Below are positions 1-9,332 of a stretch of 64,000 nucleotides of DNA, piece after piece. How positions within the stretch are numbered: the first letter of the stretch is position 1; each line of letters begins with the position of its first letter. The stretch comes from a bacterium (lineage in GTDB: Bacteria; Zhuqueibacterota; Zhuqueibacteria; Residuimicrobiales; Krinioviventaceae): the NCBI GenBank assembly GCA_963675755.2, contig CAXXMD010000003.1, forward strand, positions 2,272,001 through 2,336,000, written 5' to 3'. A model generated the notes under the pieces. It was not told the DNA's origin and ran no database searches. It saw only the letters and a list, made by a program, of their open reading frames with translations. The position numbers and the translations under genes are program-made.

Positions 1-23
1 GAACGATATAATGTGATATATTG

Positions 24-199
24 AACCACGAAGAAAAGAAGAACACGAAGGGGGCACGAGTCCGTCTGCGACGGACAAAGGGCATAAATTTCGTTCTACA
101 ATTACAATCATAGCACCGCGCCGGCCTTTCAATACGTCTGCCTTTGCAGACACGGTTCCTGAGCTTGTACTGAGTTTATCAAAGGGCTTGTCGAAGGGC
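24..199. repeat. REP-like palindromic / short repeat mosaic in non-coding DNA
   Basis: Contains AACCACGAAGAAAAGAAGAACACGAAG (24-50), hairpins GTCCGTC-tgc-GACGGAC (60-76) and GTCTGC-cttt-GCAGAC (136-151), and a CCTGAGCTTGT...GCTTGTCGAAGGG element (158-198) interrupted by a degenerate copy. Resembles widespread PELVEG-type REP elements (from memory, not searched). Confidence 0.55.
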
Positions 200-256
200 A
201 GGGATCGACTTTATTCTTTGCGGTACATTGATTTCTATATTAGTATTTTTACGCAT

Positions 257-868
257 CTATGGTATTCTGACCATGACCCAAACCTGCTGTTTTTGTTTGG
301 GGATTACTTTATCACTCACAATGTTGAAACCATATTTTTCATAAAATAATGTGTTTTTACTATTATGTGTTTCCAGATAACAGCATGTTTGGTTTTCACT
401 GGCTTTATCGAGTACAGGTTTCAAGAGTTTACCACCGATTCCTTTGCCCTGACATGCAGGATCAACACCAATTGCCCATAAATACCAATGTTTCTCTTTA
501 ACCGCATGCTTGTGGTTGCTTTCAATATATCGCATGTTTTCAAAAAAACGCTTTAATTCTGAAAAATTGAGAATTGTGAAAATTTCGTACATTCTTGTTT
601 TAAACATCCGCCCAAAAGTCATCGATTCGTGGCCGGGAGGCAGCCAACAGGCGACCCCTTCCAAATTGGGTGTTGTATAGATCATTCCATATAAAAAACT
701 ATAATTTACTACAGTTTTCATACTCCAGTATACAAAATCATATCTTTTATTTTCATTTGGTACGACAAATGACATCATGGGATCATTAAGAAAGGCTTCG
801 GTAAGTAAATGGACTGCCGCTTGTTTATGATCAATTGAAAGGGAAACCGTTTGGGACAAGGTTGACAC
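257..868 (-). CDS. GNAT family N-acetyltransferase (puromycin-acetyltransferase-like)
   Basis: Acetyl-CoA motif IGVDPACQGKGIGGKLL, C-terminal YLET...N..FYEKYGF, and N-terminal AFLNDP typical of this GNAT subgroup. GTG start. Confidence 0.88.
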   Translation of the reverse strand: MSTLSQTVSLSIDHKQAAVHLLTEAFLNDPMMSFVVPNENKRYDFVYWSMKTVVNYSFLYGMIYTTPNLEGVACWLPPGHESMTFGRMFKTRMYEIFTILNFSELKRFFENMRYIESNHKHAVKEKHWYLWAIGVDPACQGKGIGGKLLKPVLDKASENQTCCYLETHNSKNTLFYEKYGFNIVSDKVIPKQKQQVWVMVRIP

Positions 869-892
869 GTGAGCCCCTAAATTTAAACCAAG

Positions 893-1495
893 TTATATTG
901 AGCGTAAACACGCCCGTACCGCATAGAATCCCCGTAACAGGCAGAGGATAACGGTAAAGTAGAGCAGGCTGTTAAAAGATACCATAAGCCAGTTGAATTG
1001 TGCGAGGTGAAAACTCCATATGCCAATGCCTACAGTGAATAATATGGCCTTGGCAACCGCATAGGTTGTGCGACTAAGAGGAGAGGCCACAAACCACCAT
1101 CCGGTTTTGGAATCCATCATGGAAAAGGTTGAATGACCTTTTGAAATGGCGGCACTGCGGAACGCATCCGTAATAAATCCACGCACCAGAATAACAATGG
1201 GAATCCATAAAGGGATAACGTTCAAATAAGCCAGTAATACCCACAACACGTTTTCAACAATGCGATCCCCGGCAATGTCCAGAATGCCGCCCACCTTTGT
1301 GGCGCAATTCAACTTGCGCGCCAGCATTCCGTCAAGGCTGTCCATGTAAAAGATCACCGGTATCAATGCAAAGGCCGCTATCCGTATCCATTGTTCATTG
1401 AACTGGAGCGCAAATACCAACGCAATGAGCATTATGATTCGGGTAAAGGTGACCAGATTGGCCGGTGTGGATAGAGTTTTAAGTGTTTCGCGCAT
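893..1495 (-). CDS. CDP-alcohol phosphatidyltransferase family membrane protein (PgsA-like)
   Basis: Signature DxxDGxxAR-x7-GxxxDxxxD (DSLDGMLARKLNCATKVGGILDIAGD), N-terminal PANLVTFTR, several hydrophobic helices. Confidence 0.9.
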   Translation of the reverse strand: MRETLKTLSTPANLVTFTRIIMLIALVFALQFNEQWIRIAAFALIPVIFYMDSLDGMLARKLNCATKVGGILDIAGDRIVENVLWVLLAYLNVIPLWIPIVILVRGFITDAFRSAAISKGHSTFSMMDSKTGWWFVASPLSRTTYAVAKAILFTVGIGIWSFHLAQFNWLMVSFNSLLYFTVILCLLRGFYAVRACLRSI

Positions 1496-2154
1496 TATAC
1501 CGCAATCCCGAGTCTGCCAAAGCCGGAAATAACGGAAAACAAAGCGCTGGAAGGATGACCGCTTGCAACAGTTTCCCGATTAAGTATGGCTTTTTTCAGA
1601 TCTTCAGTGGTTTTGCCCATGAATTCGGTATAAACGTTTCCCACTTCAAAGGGGGTATGTGCATCGCTGCCTGCTGTGATGGGTGTGTTCAAGCGTTCCG
1701 CGAGTCCGGCAGCCATTTCATTTTCACGCAGTTTATAGGTCCGTCCATTACGGGTTTCGATAGCCAAATTCTCCCAGGAATCGATCTCAGTGTAGGCCAG
1801 AAATTCGTGACGTCTTTCGGAAAACGGATGTGCAATAGAAGCAATACCGTTTTGTTGGCGTATCTCCTGCAAAACGCCCGCAACATCATGACTCTTTACG
1901 GGTTGTTCCAAAAACAGTCCCAGAATTTCACCCATACAGCGTTTATTGTAATATATTTTAATTTCCTGTCCGTAAACGAGTTGAACAGGGAATTTGTGTG
2001 CAAGGTCTTTGAACGCCTGCCATCCGGCAGTGGTGTCGTGATCGGTAATAGCCAGGACACTGATTCCACGATCGGCAGCGGCAGCAAGAATGGATTCCGG
2101 TCTTGCAATGGAATCATGAGAATAAATGGAATGTGTATGTAAATCTGCTTTCAA
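1495..2154 (-). CDS. PHP domain metal-dependent phosphoesterase
   Basis: PHP motifs DLHTHS, ITDHD, AHP, GSDAH. TTG start with AGGAG RBS upstream. Stop overlaps the next start (TAATG). Confidence 0.9.
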   Translation of the reverse strand: MKADLHTHSIYSHDSIARPESILAAAADRGISVLAITDHDTTAGWQAFKDLAHKFPVQLVYGQEIKIYYNKRCMGEILGLFLEQPVKSHDVAGVLQEIRQQNGIASIAHPFSERRHEFLAYTEIDSWENLAIETRNGRTYKLRENEMAAGLAERLNTPITAGSDAHTPFEVGNVYTEFMGKTTEDLKKAILNRETVASGHPSSALFSVISGFGRLGIAV

Positions 2155-2301
2155 TTTTCAGCTCCTGTATTATAAGTTCTGCTATTGTTAATACAAAAGC
2201 TGTACCAAAGATTAAGATGATGTTGTGAGTGCGGTAAGGTTCTGTTAATATGTGCTTTAAGCTGTGTTGTGGTGGTAAGGTGGAAAAGAGGGATATCAAA
2301 C

Positions 2302-2347
2302 AAACTGCCCCTGAATACTTGCACTTGCATGCAATCAGGGGCAGTTT
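2302..2347 (-). terminator. Intrinsic terminator hairpin downstream of the GWxTD gene
   Basis: 13-bp inverted repeat AAACTGCCCCTGA / TCAGGGGCAGTTT just past the stop at 2352, followed by TTTGTTT on the minus strand. Confidence 0.7.
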
Positions 2348-2351
2348 ACTA

Positions 2352-3638
2352 TTATTCTATTTTAATCAAGCGGTACGTACCGTTATTATCGCGATCTGTA
2401 AAAACATAGCTGCGGTCTATGGTAGCATAGTACCAAATCTCTACTCCCGGAGTATTGATAGAGGCTTGCTGACGTTCAACCTGTGTTGGGGGGCCGTATT
2501 TGATATATACACGTCCACGGTCTGTACTCCAACCGCCTTTACCGGGATAGCTTTCAATAAAATTCTGGTTGCAAAAGTTGACCCTTGCAAGAAATTCTTC
2601 TTTCAACTCGTTTTCCGGAGTTTCAGGGGTAGGGTCACGTTCATCCCAGAATCTGTCAAACATTTCTTGTTTTTTGTTTTCATCTGCTTCATTCAGCTTT
2701 TCTATAGTCTTGCGGTTTGCAACTATTTTAAGCTGTTCAATAGCAAGATCAACATTGTTTTCCTGCATGGGAACTTTGCCCCATTGCACGGTAAAGTGTT
2801 TTTGGGTTTTAAACTTTTGCTCACCGGAACTGGCCTGCAATTCAATTTCATAAAGATCTGGTTTGGTTATCATGTCTTTGAAATTGATAACATAAGGAAT
2901 CATGTCCTCCTGTGCTACCAGAGTGGTATCAAGACTTTTGATTTTGTAACCATTGTCATTGTGGATCTGGTATGACAACTGAATCGCTTCTTTGTTAGCG
3001 TTGGGATAAATATAAAAGAACGCTGAAAAGACAGAATTCAATTCAGAAAAAGCCAGGTTGATGTTTGGTTCAAATGCATACGGAAGAGAACCGGTTTCGA
3101 GTTTATCTGCAAATACAATATCACTGGCATGCAGGCGTCCGTCTGTAAATGTACGCAGTTGGATTCGGGTTTCGGGCACCAACAGTGAGGGAACATCGTT
3201 TTCAATAACAGTGACTTTGTAATAATACTCTCCCGGAGGCAGAGATACCTGCAAATTTCCCATGATGGGATTTCTACGCGAGTTGGTATCTGCAAAATAG
3301 GGAACAATTACTTCATCACTTGCAGACTGTTCTGTTACTGCCCTTTTATCTGAATCATATATCACCAGATTGAGCTCATAACGGGCTTTATATTGATCAT
3401 CATCCGTTTTAATAAATGTCAGTAAATCATTGACAAAAGAATAATGAAAATCCAGCAAACTGTTTTCACCATCTTTGAAATTATAAATCGCATGCTGGAA
3501 CAACAAACTACCGAACTGATTGCGCATACCAAACCGACCCTGTCCGCCTCCAAATCCCTGCGGCAACAATGGTGTTGTGAAACAGAATAGCATAAAAACG
3601 GTCAGAGTTGTTTTCAAATTTCTGTTCATTTTTTTCAT
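2352..3638 (-). CDS. GWxTD domain-containing exported protein
   Basis: Signal peptide, Ig-like N-terminal region, and C-terminal FWDERDPTPETPENE...GGWSTDRGRVYIKYGPP...EIWYY, the GWxTD signature. Confidence 0.9.
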   Translation of the reverse strand: MKKMNRNLKTTLTVFMLFCFTTPLLPQGFGGGQGRFGMRNQFGSLLFQHAIYNFKDGENSLLDFHYSFVNDLLTFIKTDDDQYKARYELNLVIYDSDKRAVTEQSASDEVIVPYFADTNSRRNPIMGNLQVSLPPGEYYYKVTVIENDVPSLLVPETRIQLRTFTDGRLHASDIVFADKLETGSLPYAFEPNINLAFSELNSVFSAFFYIYPNANKEAIQLSYQIHNDNGYKIKSLDTTLVAQEDMIPYVINFKDMITKPDLYEIELQASSGEQKFKTQKHFTVQWGKVPMQENNVDLAIEQLKIVANRKTIEKLNEADENKKQEMFDRFWDERDPTPETPENELKEEFLARVNFCNQNFIESYPGKGGWSTDRGRVYIKYGPPTQVERQQASINTPGVEIWYYATIDRSYVFTDRDNNGTYRLIKIE

Positions 3639-3689
3639 AGGTTTTGCCTGATTAATTCTAGAGTCAAATTATTATATTACTATATATAA

Positions 3690-3717
3690 TACAATTTATT
3701 GCTAAACAAGGTTCCCA
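3690..3717 (-). promoter_or_regulatory. Candidate ECF-sigma promoter for the GWxTD gene
   Basis: Minus strand TGGGAAC-N17-TGTA about 50 nt upstream of the start. Same layout as the site at 8859-8886. Confidence 0.4.
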
Positions 3718-3724
3718 ATGATGT

Positions 3725-5572
3725 TTATTTCAAAACCTCGAGAACGTTAATTGCGGTAGCATATTTATCTTTTGTAAATGGTGGCATTAAATAAATACCA
3801 TGAATTCGGTCCATCTCTTTAACTTTAAGGATGGCCTGTTGTGCAATTTCAATACCCAGTACCTTGGCTTCTTCCTGATCTTTGGCCTTTGCCATAATGT
3901 TTGCAATGCTGTCAGGTACAAACACACCGGGAACTTCATTGTTAAGGAACTCTATGGTTCTATATGTAATAAGCGGCATTATACCAGCCATTATTGGCAG
4001 CTTGATCGATTCAGTTCGTTTTAAGAACGTTTCCAGCTTTTTAATGTCAAATACTGGTTGGGTAAGAATATACTCGGCGCCGCTTTCAACTTTTTGATGC
4101 AGTCTTTCAATTTCATGGTCAAGATCAATGGCTCCGGGGTCTGCACCAACACCAACATGCCAACCGGTTGGAGCACCAATTGCATTACCGGCAATGTCAA
4201 CGCCCTGGTTCAATCCTTTTACCACACGGGTTAATCCAATAGAATCCACATCAAAAACTGCTGTAGCATCGGGATAGTCACCCAGCTTGGGTGGATCACC
4301 GGTAATTACGAGAACATTACGGAGCCCCATTGCGTATGCTCCCAAAAGATCAGACTGCATACCCAGCAGGTTGCGATCACGACAGCAATAATGAAGTATT
4401 GTATCTACTTCCAGCTCTCTTTCAATGATTACTGCCATTGCCAGGGGAGACATGCGTGCAGAAGCACGGGGGCCATCCGGAATATTGATAGCGTCTACAC
4501 CAAAGTCTACCAGTTTTTTTACACCTTTTAATACACCCTCTGTACTAACACCTCTGGGAGATAAAACTTCAACTGAAACGCTGAATTTCTCCTGCATATT
4601 TTTAGCCAGGGTAGATTTCTCTTTGGTAGGAATTTCTACAACAGTTACTTCTTTTTTTACACTGGTTACCATAGATGAAACATTTTTTTGCGGTTGTAAC
4701 GCTCTTACGGCATTGGCAATAGCTTTAATGTGTTCCGGGGTTGTACCGCAACAACCACCGACAATGTTGGCTCCGGATTCTATAAAGCGTTTGGCAAATT
4801 CAGCATGATATTCCGGTGTAGACATGTAGAGGAATCTGCCTTCATGCATTCTGGGATTTCCCGCGTTGGGCATGGCGGAAATATATTTTGCTCCGGCTGC
4901 TTGAAACTGATCAATGACGCGCTGCATGGGTTGTGGCCCAACAGAACAGTTGGCGCCTACAACATCCGCGCCTTCTTCTTTTGCAATTTTAACCAGAACA
5001 TCAGGGGATGCACCCAGTGGGGTACGACTGTGTTCATCAAAGGTTGCCTGCGCAATGATTGGCAAATCACTTAATGCTTTTACTGCGCGAAGCGCAATGG
5101 TCAACTCTTCCAGGTCCTGAAAGGTTTCCAGTATAAAAAGATCAACACCGCCTGCCAACAGGCCTTCAACCTGTCTCTTGAATGCATTCAGTGCCTGTTC
5201 TTTGTTTGCTTTACCCAACGGTTTAAGGGGAATGCCCAGGGTACCAAGTGAACCTGCAACATAGAGTTTGTCATCTGCTGCTTCCCGGGCCAGTTCTGCG
5301 CCTTTTTTGTTGATTTCATATACCTGACCTTCAAATCCATGTGGGCGCAGTTTGAATTCGTTGGCACCAAAAGTATTGGTTTCTAAAATATCCGCATGTG
5401 CGTTAACATATTGACGGTGTATCTCTGATATAATATCCGGTGCTGACAAATTGAGTTCGTCAAAACATCGGTTGATAAAAATGCCATGGGAATAGATCAT
5501 GGTCCCCATGGCACCGTCGCCTATTAATATAGAGTTTTCAAGTTTTGTTAAAAATGGTGTCTTGTTCGACAA
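3725..5572 (-). CDS. yitJ: Bifunctional homocysteine S-methyltransferase / 5,10-methylenetetrahydrofolate reductase (YitJ-like)
   Basis: N-terminal Hcy-binding domain (DGAMGT, ETNTFGAN, GANCSVGP, GGCCGTTPEHI) fused to an MTHFR domain (CRDRNLLGMQSDLLGA, ITGDPP, TQPVFD). Start revised to TTG at 5572, which has an AAGGAG RBS. Confidence 0.9.
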   Translation of the reverse strand: MSNKTPFLTKLENSILIGDGAMGTMIYSHGIFINRCFDELNLSAPDIISEIHRQYVNAHADILETNTFGANEFKLRPHGFEGQVYEINKKGAELAREAADDKLYVAGSLGTLGIPLKPLGKANKEQALNAFKRQVEGLLAGGVDLFILETFQDLEELTIALRAVKALSDLPIIAQATFDEHSRTPLGASPDVLVKIAKEEGADVVGANCSVGPQPMQRVIDQFQAAGAKYISAMPNAGNPRMHEGRFLYMSTPEYHAEFAKRFIESGANIVGGCCGTTPEHIKAIANAVRALQPQKNVSSMVTSVKKEVTVVEIPTKEKSTLAKNMQEKFSVSVEVLSPRGVSTEGVLKGVKKLVDFGVDAINIPDGPRASARMSPLAMAVIIERELEVDTILHYCCRDRNLLGMQSDLLGAYAMGLRNVLVITGDPPKLGDYPDATAVFDVDSIGLTRVVKGLNQGVDIAGNAIGAPTGWHVGVGADPGAIDLDHEIERLHQKVESGAEYILTQPVFDIKKLETFLKRTESIKLPIMAGIMPLITYRTIEFLNNEVPGVFVPDSIANIMAKAKDQEEAKVLGIEIAQQAILKVKEMDRIHGIYLMPPFTKDKYATAINVLEVLK

Positions 5573-5589
5573 TCGTGCTCCTTTCTTTT

Positions 5590-8500
5590 CTACAAATCCG
5601 CACCAAGTGACCATAATACAAAGGCACTATCTTCGGTGCGATAGAAATCGGTGGGCCAGGCAAGATCCATCCTTAGCAAAAAGATACCAAGGTTGAGGCG
5701 AACGCCAAAACCAAAGCTTGCAAAAGCATCTTTGGTCATTACCAGACCATTAGGAGCTTTAACAAAAGGTTTCAATCCATCAGGATTTCCCTTGTCCCAG
5801 GCGTAACCAATATCGGTAAACAATGCGCCGCCCACATTGCTGAAATAGATGGGTAGAGGAAAGCCCATAAGAATTTGACGGATTAGCGGGAAACGGAATT
5901 CAAAGTTAGTTAAGAAATAGCGGTTACCCACCAGTTCATAATATTGTGCGCCGCGTAGCGGCATTTCAAATGATGCAAAATAAATGTCTTCAACATGTTC
6001 AATACGCAGGCCGCCCTGGTAATCATAATTGATCCAGTTGGGCAGGCCGCCTAGAAAGAATTTTTGTGGATGCATACCCATACTCATACCACCGGATCCA
6101 CGTATGGCAAATATATAATCTCTTTTTACTCGAAAGTATTTTCTAAAATCGGTTCTCAATGTTGTAAAGCCAATTCCATCCTCTCCAAGTTTCGGGCTAT
6201 AAGTAACACCCGCAGAGTAACGAGTACCGTTTGATGGGCCGGTATATCCCCATACTGTAGTATCTTTTGTATAAGAAAGATTATTCAATACAAAGTAACG
6301 GTTCCTGGGTGATAAATATCCTAAACGGATAAGCTCATCTGCATATTCATCCGGCCAATCCAGATATTCACGATTAATGCCACTCAGTGACATTCCAAAG
6401 GTAATACGTCTGTATCTGTCAAAAGGATTGCTGAGAAAAAGACTCAAACCATAATAGCGGTCTCTGATCCAACCTGTGCCAGATGACCAGAAAAAGTAGG
6501 CATTATGATACGCGCTTGCACCAACATCCAGCCGGTTTGGCAGATAAAGATAAGTAAACTGATAATCCGCGTTGCGAAAATCGCCAAACAGATTGGCAGC
6601 TATATTTAGGCGATGGTCGCCCATAACATCAGAGAACATCATGGTGGTGTAACCCTGTGTTCCAAAAAACTGGTTATATCCTACGGAGCCATAAACCAGA
6701 TCTGGTGAAAATTCAATCTCATAAGGATTGACTTTGAAATCACCATCGGGTTCTGCGTATTCGACAGAATCCAGAAATACTTTTTCTTCTTCAATCTGTG
6801 AAACAAAACCATCTGCAAAATCTTCATCGAAAATAAAATTGCGATATTCCTGAGTCTGTGCGGTTTTTTCTTCCAGTTCTTCACCGGTATCTATATCGGT
6901 AATCAGGTCTTCTGGTGATTCTGTTTCTTTTTCTTCATGTAATTCTTTAACATACTGGGTTTCCTGAACAACAACATCGCCCGGTTTGATATCAAGCGGG
7001 TTTTTCATGATATAAATATCATACCCGGCATTGTAAAAAGAAGCAAAGGCTAACCGATTGGCCTCTCCACCCCAAGTGGGTGAGAAAACACCGGTAATGG
7101 CATTGGTAATGGGCCATTCTTCACCGGTTTCAAGGTCCATAACATAAATATTGTTGACGCCAGATTTGTCACTGGTAAACGCAATGTGTTTTCCGTCTGG
7201 TGCGTAAATAGGAACGCGTTCAATAAACGGACTTGATGCAACCAGTTGGATTTCAGAACCATCAGCATTCATTTCATAAATATTGTAATCTTTGATGTCA
7301 AAATCATGCGGTGTCAGATCTTCCGGATACTCATTCAGATATTCTCCTCTGTCACTGGCAAACAAGAGTTTGCTGCCATCTGGAGACCAGCTGGGTTCAA
7401 CGTTGCTGAAAAGATCATTTGTAATCTGACGGGTCTTTTTATCCTTGATGTTATATGCATAGATATCGCTTTGCCCTTTTTTAACACCCATAAAGGCAAT
7501 TTCATCACCTTTAGGGCTCCAGGAAGGATTGTAAATTCCATCAAACCCGAGTTCCAAAGATTTAACGATATCACCGGATCTAACATCTACAATATGCAAT
7601 GCATCCTGCGCACCGGATTTGGCAGAGAAAGCAATTTGTCTGTCATCGGGGCTCCATGAAAACGCCGGTCCTTTGAGCCAGTGTAATTCTTCCAGATTAC
7701 CAGCCCGTTGCCCGTGTACCAGTTTTTTCTCACGGTTTTCATCAATTGTGCTTGCCAGAAAAATGTCAAAATAATCATCTCTGTCAGACATGTAAACAAC
7801 CTTGTCACCACGATTGCTGATTGCGGGACTGGTATTGATAAAATTGCGTGCTTTTTGGTGATCGGTCCATTCTTTGGCAAACTCTTCGGGTTCCTGGCGA
7901 TCTGCAATATCGGGCCAGTATTTGCGTTTCAGGTACAAGTGCCAGCGTTCGGACAACTCTTCCTGATCAATACCAATAGCTTCTTTTAAACCGCCTTGCA
8001 TACTTTTGGTCAATTTAATTTTTCCCAAAAGCTCACCAATCTTTTCATCTCCATAACGATCAGCAATATATTTCAGTACTGACTGGCCGCCTTTATAAGC
8101 CATAAAGGCATACAGGTATTCTACCGGGGGAACATAACCGTTAACAGTGGCATCGCGCATAAACATATCGCTTTCAATATCCCAACCACGGCTCTCATAT
8201 TCTGCAAGTCCTTCAATGAACCACAGGGGCATTTGCATTTGTGTAAGTCCGGTGATAATAGACTGGGCCCCAGCGCCATATACCATTTGCAGCATTATAG
8301 CGTGGGTCAATTCGTGATGAATAACATGGCGAAATTTTTCCCATTCACCTTCATAGGGAATAACGACACGGTTTTTAAAAAATTCTGTAAAACCTCCAAC
8401 CGATTCTTCAGAGGGGCTAAGGTCAACATTAGTTTGTCCAAAATCATTATGGCTGTTATATACAATTATTTTAATACGGTCAACGAGATCATAACGGAAA

Positions 8501-8721
8501 TCCTTACGTAGCATTTGGTAGCTTTTTTCAGCCGTTTGCGCTACATAAGAGGCTACACCGTTACCCCCTTCAGTAAAATAAACATCAAAATGTTCAGATT
8601 GTATATAAAACCATTCAAAATCTTTATATTGGACTTTATTTTTACCAAAATACTGGGCATGCAATGGAATTTGAGACAAAAGCATAATGCCCAATAGTAA
8701 ATATAAAAATTTGATCCTCAT
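5590..8721 (-). CDS. Omp85/BamA-family outer-membrane protein with N-terminal zincin (peptidase MA-like) domain and PD40/TolB-like propeller
   Basis: Signal peptide then QYFGKNKVQY, HHELTH plus WFIEGLAEY (gluzincin), multiple PSWSPDG repeats, and a C-terminal barrel with PLRG and NFEFRFP motifs. Start revised to ATG at 8721, which has an AAGGAG RBS. Confidence 0.88.
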   Translation of the reverse strand: MRIKFLYLLLGIMLLSQIPLHAQYFGKNKVQYKDFEWFYIQSEHFDVYFTEGGNGVASYVAQTAEKSYQMLRKDFRYDLVDRIKIIVYNSHNDFGQTNVDLSPSEESVGGFTEFFKNRVVIPYEGEWEKFRHVIHHELTHAIMLQMVYGAGAQSIITGLTQMQMPLWFIEGLAEYESRGWDIESDMFMRDATVNGYVPPVEYLYAFMAYKGGQSVLKYIADRYGDEKIGELLGKIKLTKSMQGGLKEAIGIDQEELSERWHLYLKRKYWPDIADRQEPEEFAKEWTDHQKARNFINTSPAISNRGDKVVYMSDRDDYFDIFLASTIDENREKKLVHGQRAGNLEELHWLKGPAFSWSPDDRQIAFSAKSGAQDALHIVDVRSGDIVKSLELGFDGIYNPSWSPKGDEIAFMGVKKGQSDIYAYNIKDKKTRQITNDLFSNVEPSWSPDGSKLLFASDRGEYLNEYPEDLTPHDFDIKDYNIYEMNADGSEIQLVASSPFIERVPIYAPDGKHIAFTSDKSGVNNIYVMDLETGEEWPITNAITGVFSPTWGGEANRLAFASFYNAGYDIYIMKNPLDIKPGDVVVQETQYVKELHEEKETESPEDLITDIDTGEELEEKTAQTQEYRNFIFDEDFADGFVSQIEEEKVFLDSVEYAEPDGDFKVNPYEIEFSPDLVYGSVGYNQFFGTQGYTTMMFSDVMGDHRLNIAANLFGDFRNADYQFTYLYLPNRLDVGASAYHNAYFFWSSGTGWIRDRYYGLSLFLSNPFDRYRRITFGMSLSGINREYLDWPDEYADELIRLGYLSPRNRYFVLNNLSYTKDTTVWGYTGPSNGTRYSAGVTYSPKLGEDGIGFTTLRTDFRKYFRVKRDYIFAIRGSGGMSMGMHPQKFFLGGLPNWINYDYQGGLRIEHVEDIYFASFEMPLRGAQYYELVGNRYFLTNFEFRFPLIRQILMGFPLPIYFSNVGGALFTDIGYAWDKGNPDGLKPFVKAPNGLVMTKDAFASFGFGVRLNLGIFLLRMDLAWPTDFYRTEDSAFVLWSLGADL

Positions 8722-8858
8722 GATTTTCTCCTTTAACTCACCCAAAATCGTCTCCATGAAAACATTGAGCACAATTTATGTAAACAATTATTTTACTAAA
8801 ATATAGCCTGAAAATCAAGGTAAAACTCTGTAAATACCTGACTTGGTCCTTTAGTATC

Positions 8859-8950
8859 AACGAATAAAAGTTTTTCAATGTTCCCACATTCTTTTAAAAA
8901 TTATACAATTGCTCCATTATATTAGATGCATTAACCTTGAATATTGTTTA
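8859..8950 (-). promoter_or_regulatory. Two tandem candidate ECF-sigma promoters for the Omp85 operon
   Basis: Minus strand GGAAC-N17-CGTT (8884-8859) and TAAAC-N17-CATCTAA (8950-8922). Confidence 0.45.
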
Positions 8951-9332
8951 CAAATAATCAAGTTGGAGAAAAATAAATATAACTTGAATTCTGCTTTGGT
9001 AATGCTTTGAGTACTTTATTGTAATACATTCCCCCGGAAATATTCAGTAAACTGGAATGCCAAAGAATCTGTATCCGTTTAATCTAGAGTGAAGATTCTG
9101 CTTAAATTAATAAATTGCGTTAATTGTTGTAAATACATATGATTAAGGGATTTGAATTTATGTTTTTTTGCCTGTATAGAAACAGACTCTGAATTATGAT
9201 TATTTCTAGATAAAAATGCTTACGGCTGGATTTTTGCAACAAGTTTGGGCGCACTAGTATGTGGACCGATAAATATGGAACAGAAAATAATGTTGGGTGT
9301 TAAGCACCCGTTGAATATCCGGGAGGTATAAA

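Noticed and set aside
1483-2142. 219-aa plus-strand ORF
   Set aside because: Antisense shadow of the PHP gene with no recognisable motif.
2114-2299. 61-aa minus-strand ORF with a hydrophobic stretch
   Set aside because: Starts just after a terminator, overlaps the PHP start and its RBS, and has no convincing RBS of its own.
2250-2975. 241-aa plus-strand ORF
   Set aside because: Antisense to the GWxTD gene and runs through its terminator.
8773-9332. 560-nt divergent intergenic region as a possible ncRNA or riboswitch
   Set aside because: AT-rich with no recognisable SAM, cobalamin, TPP or c-di-GMP core and no long stems. Divergent promoters explain it.
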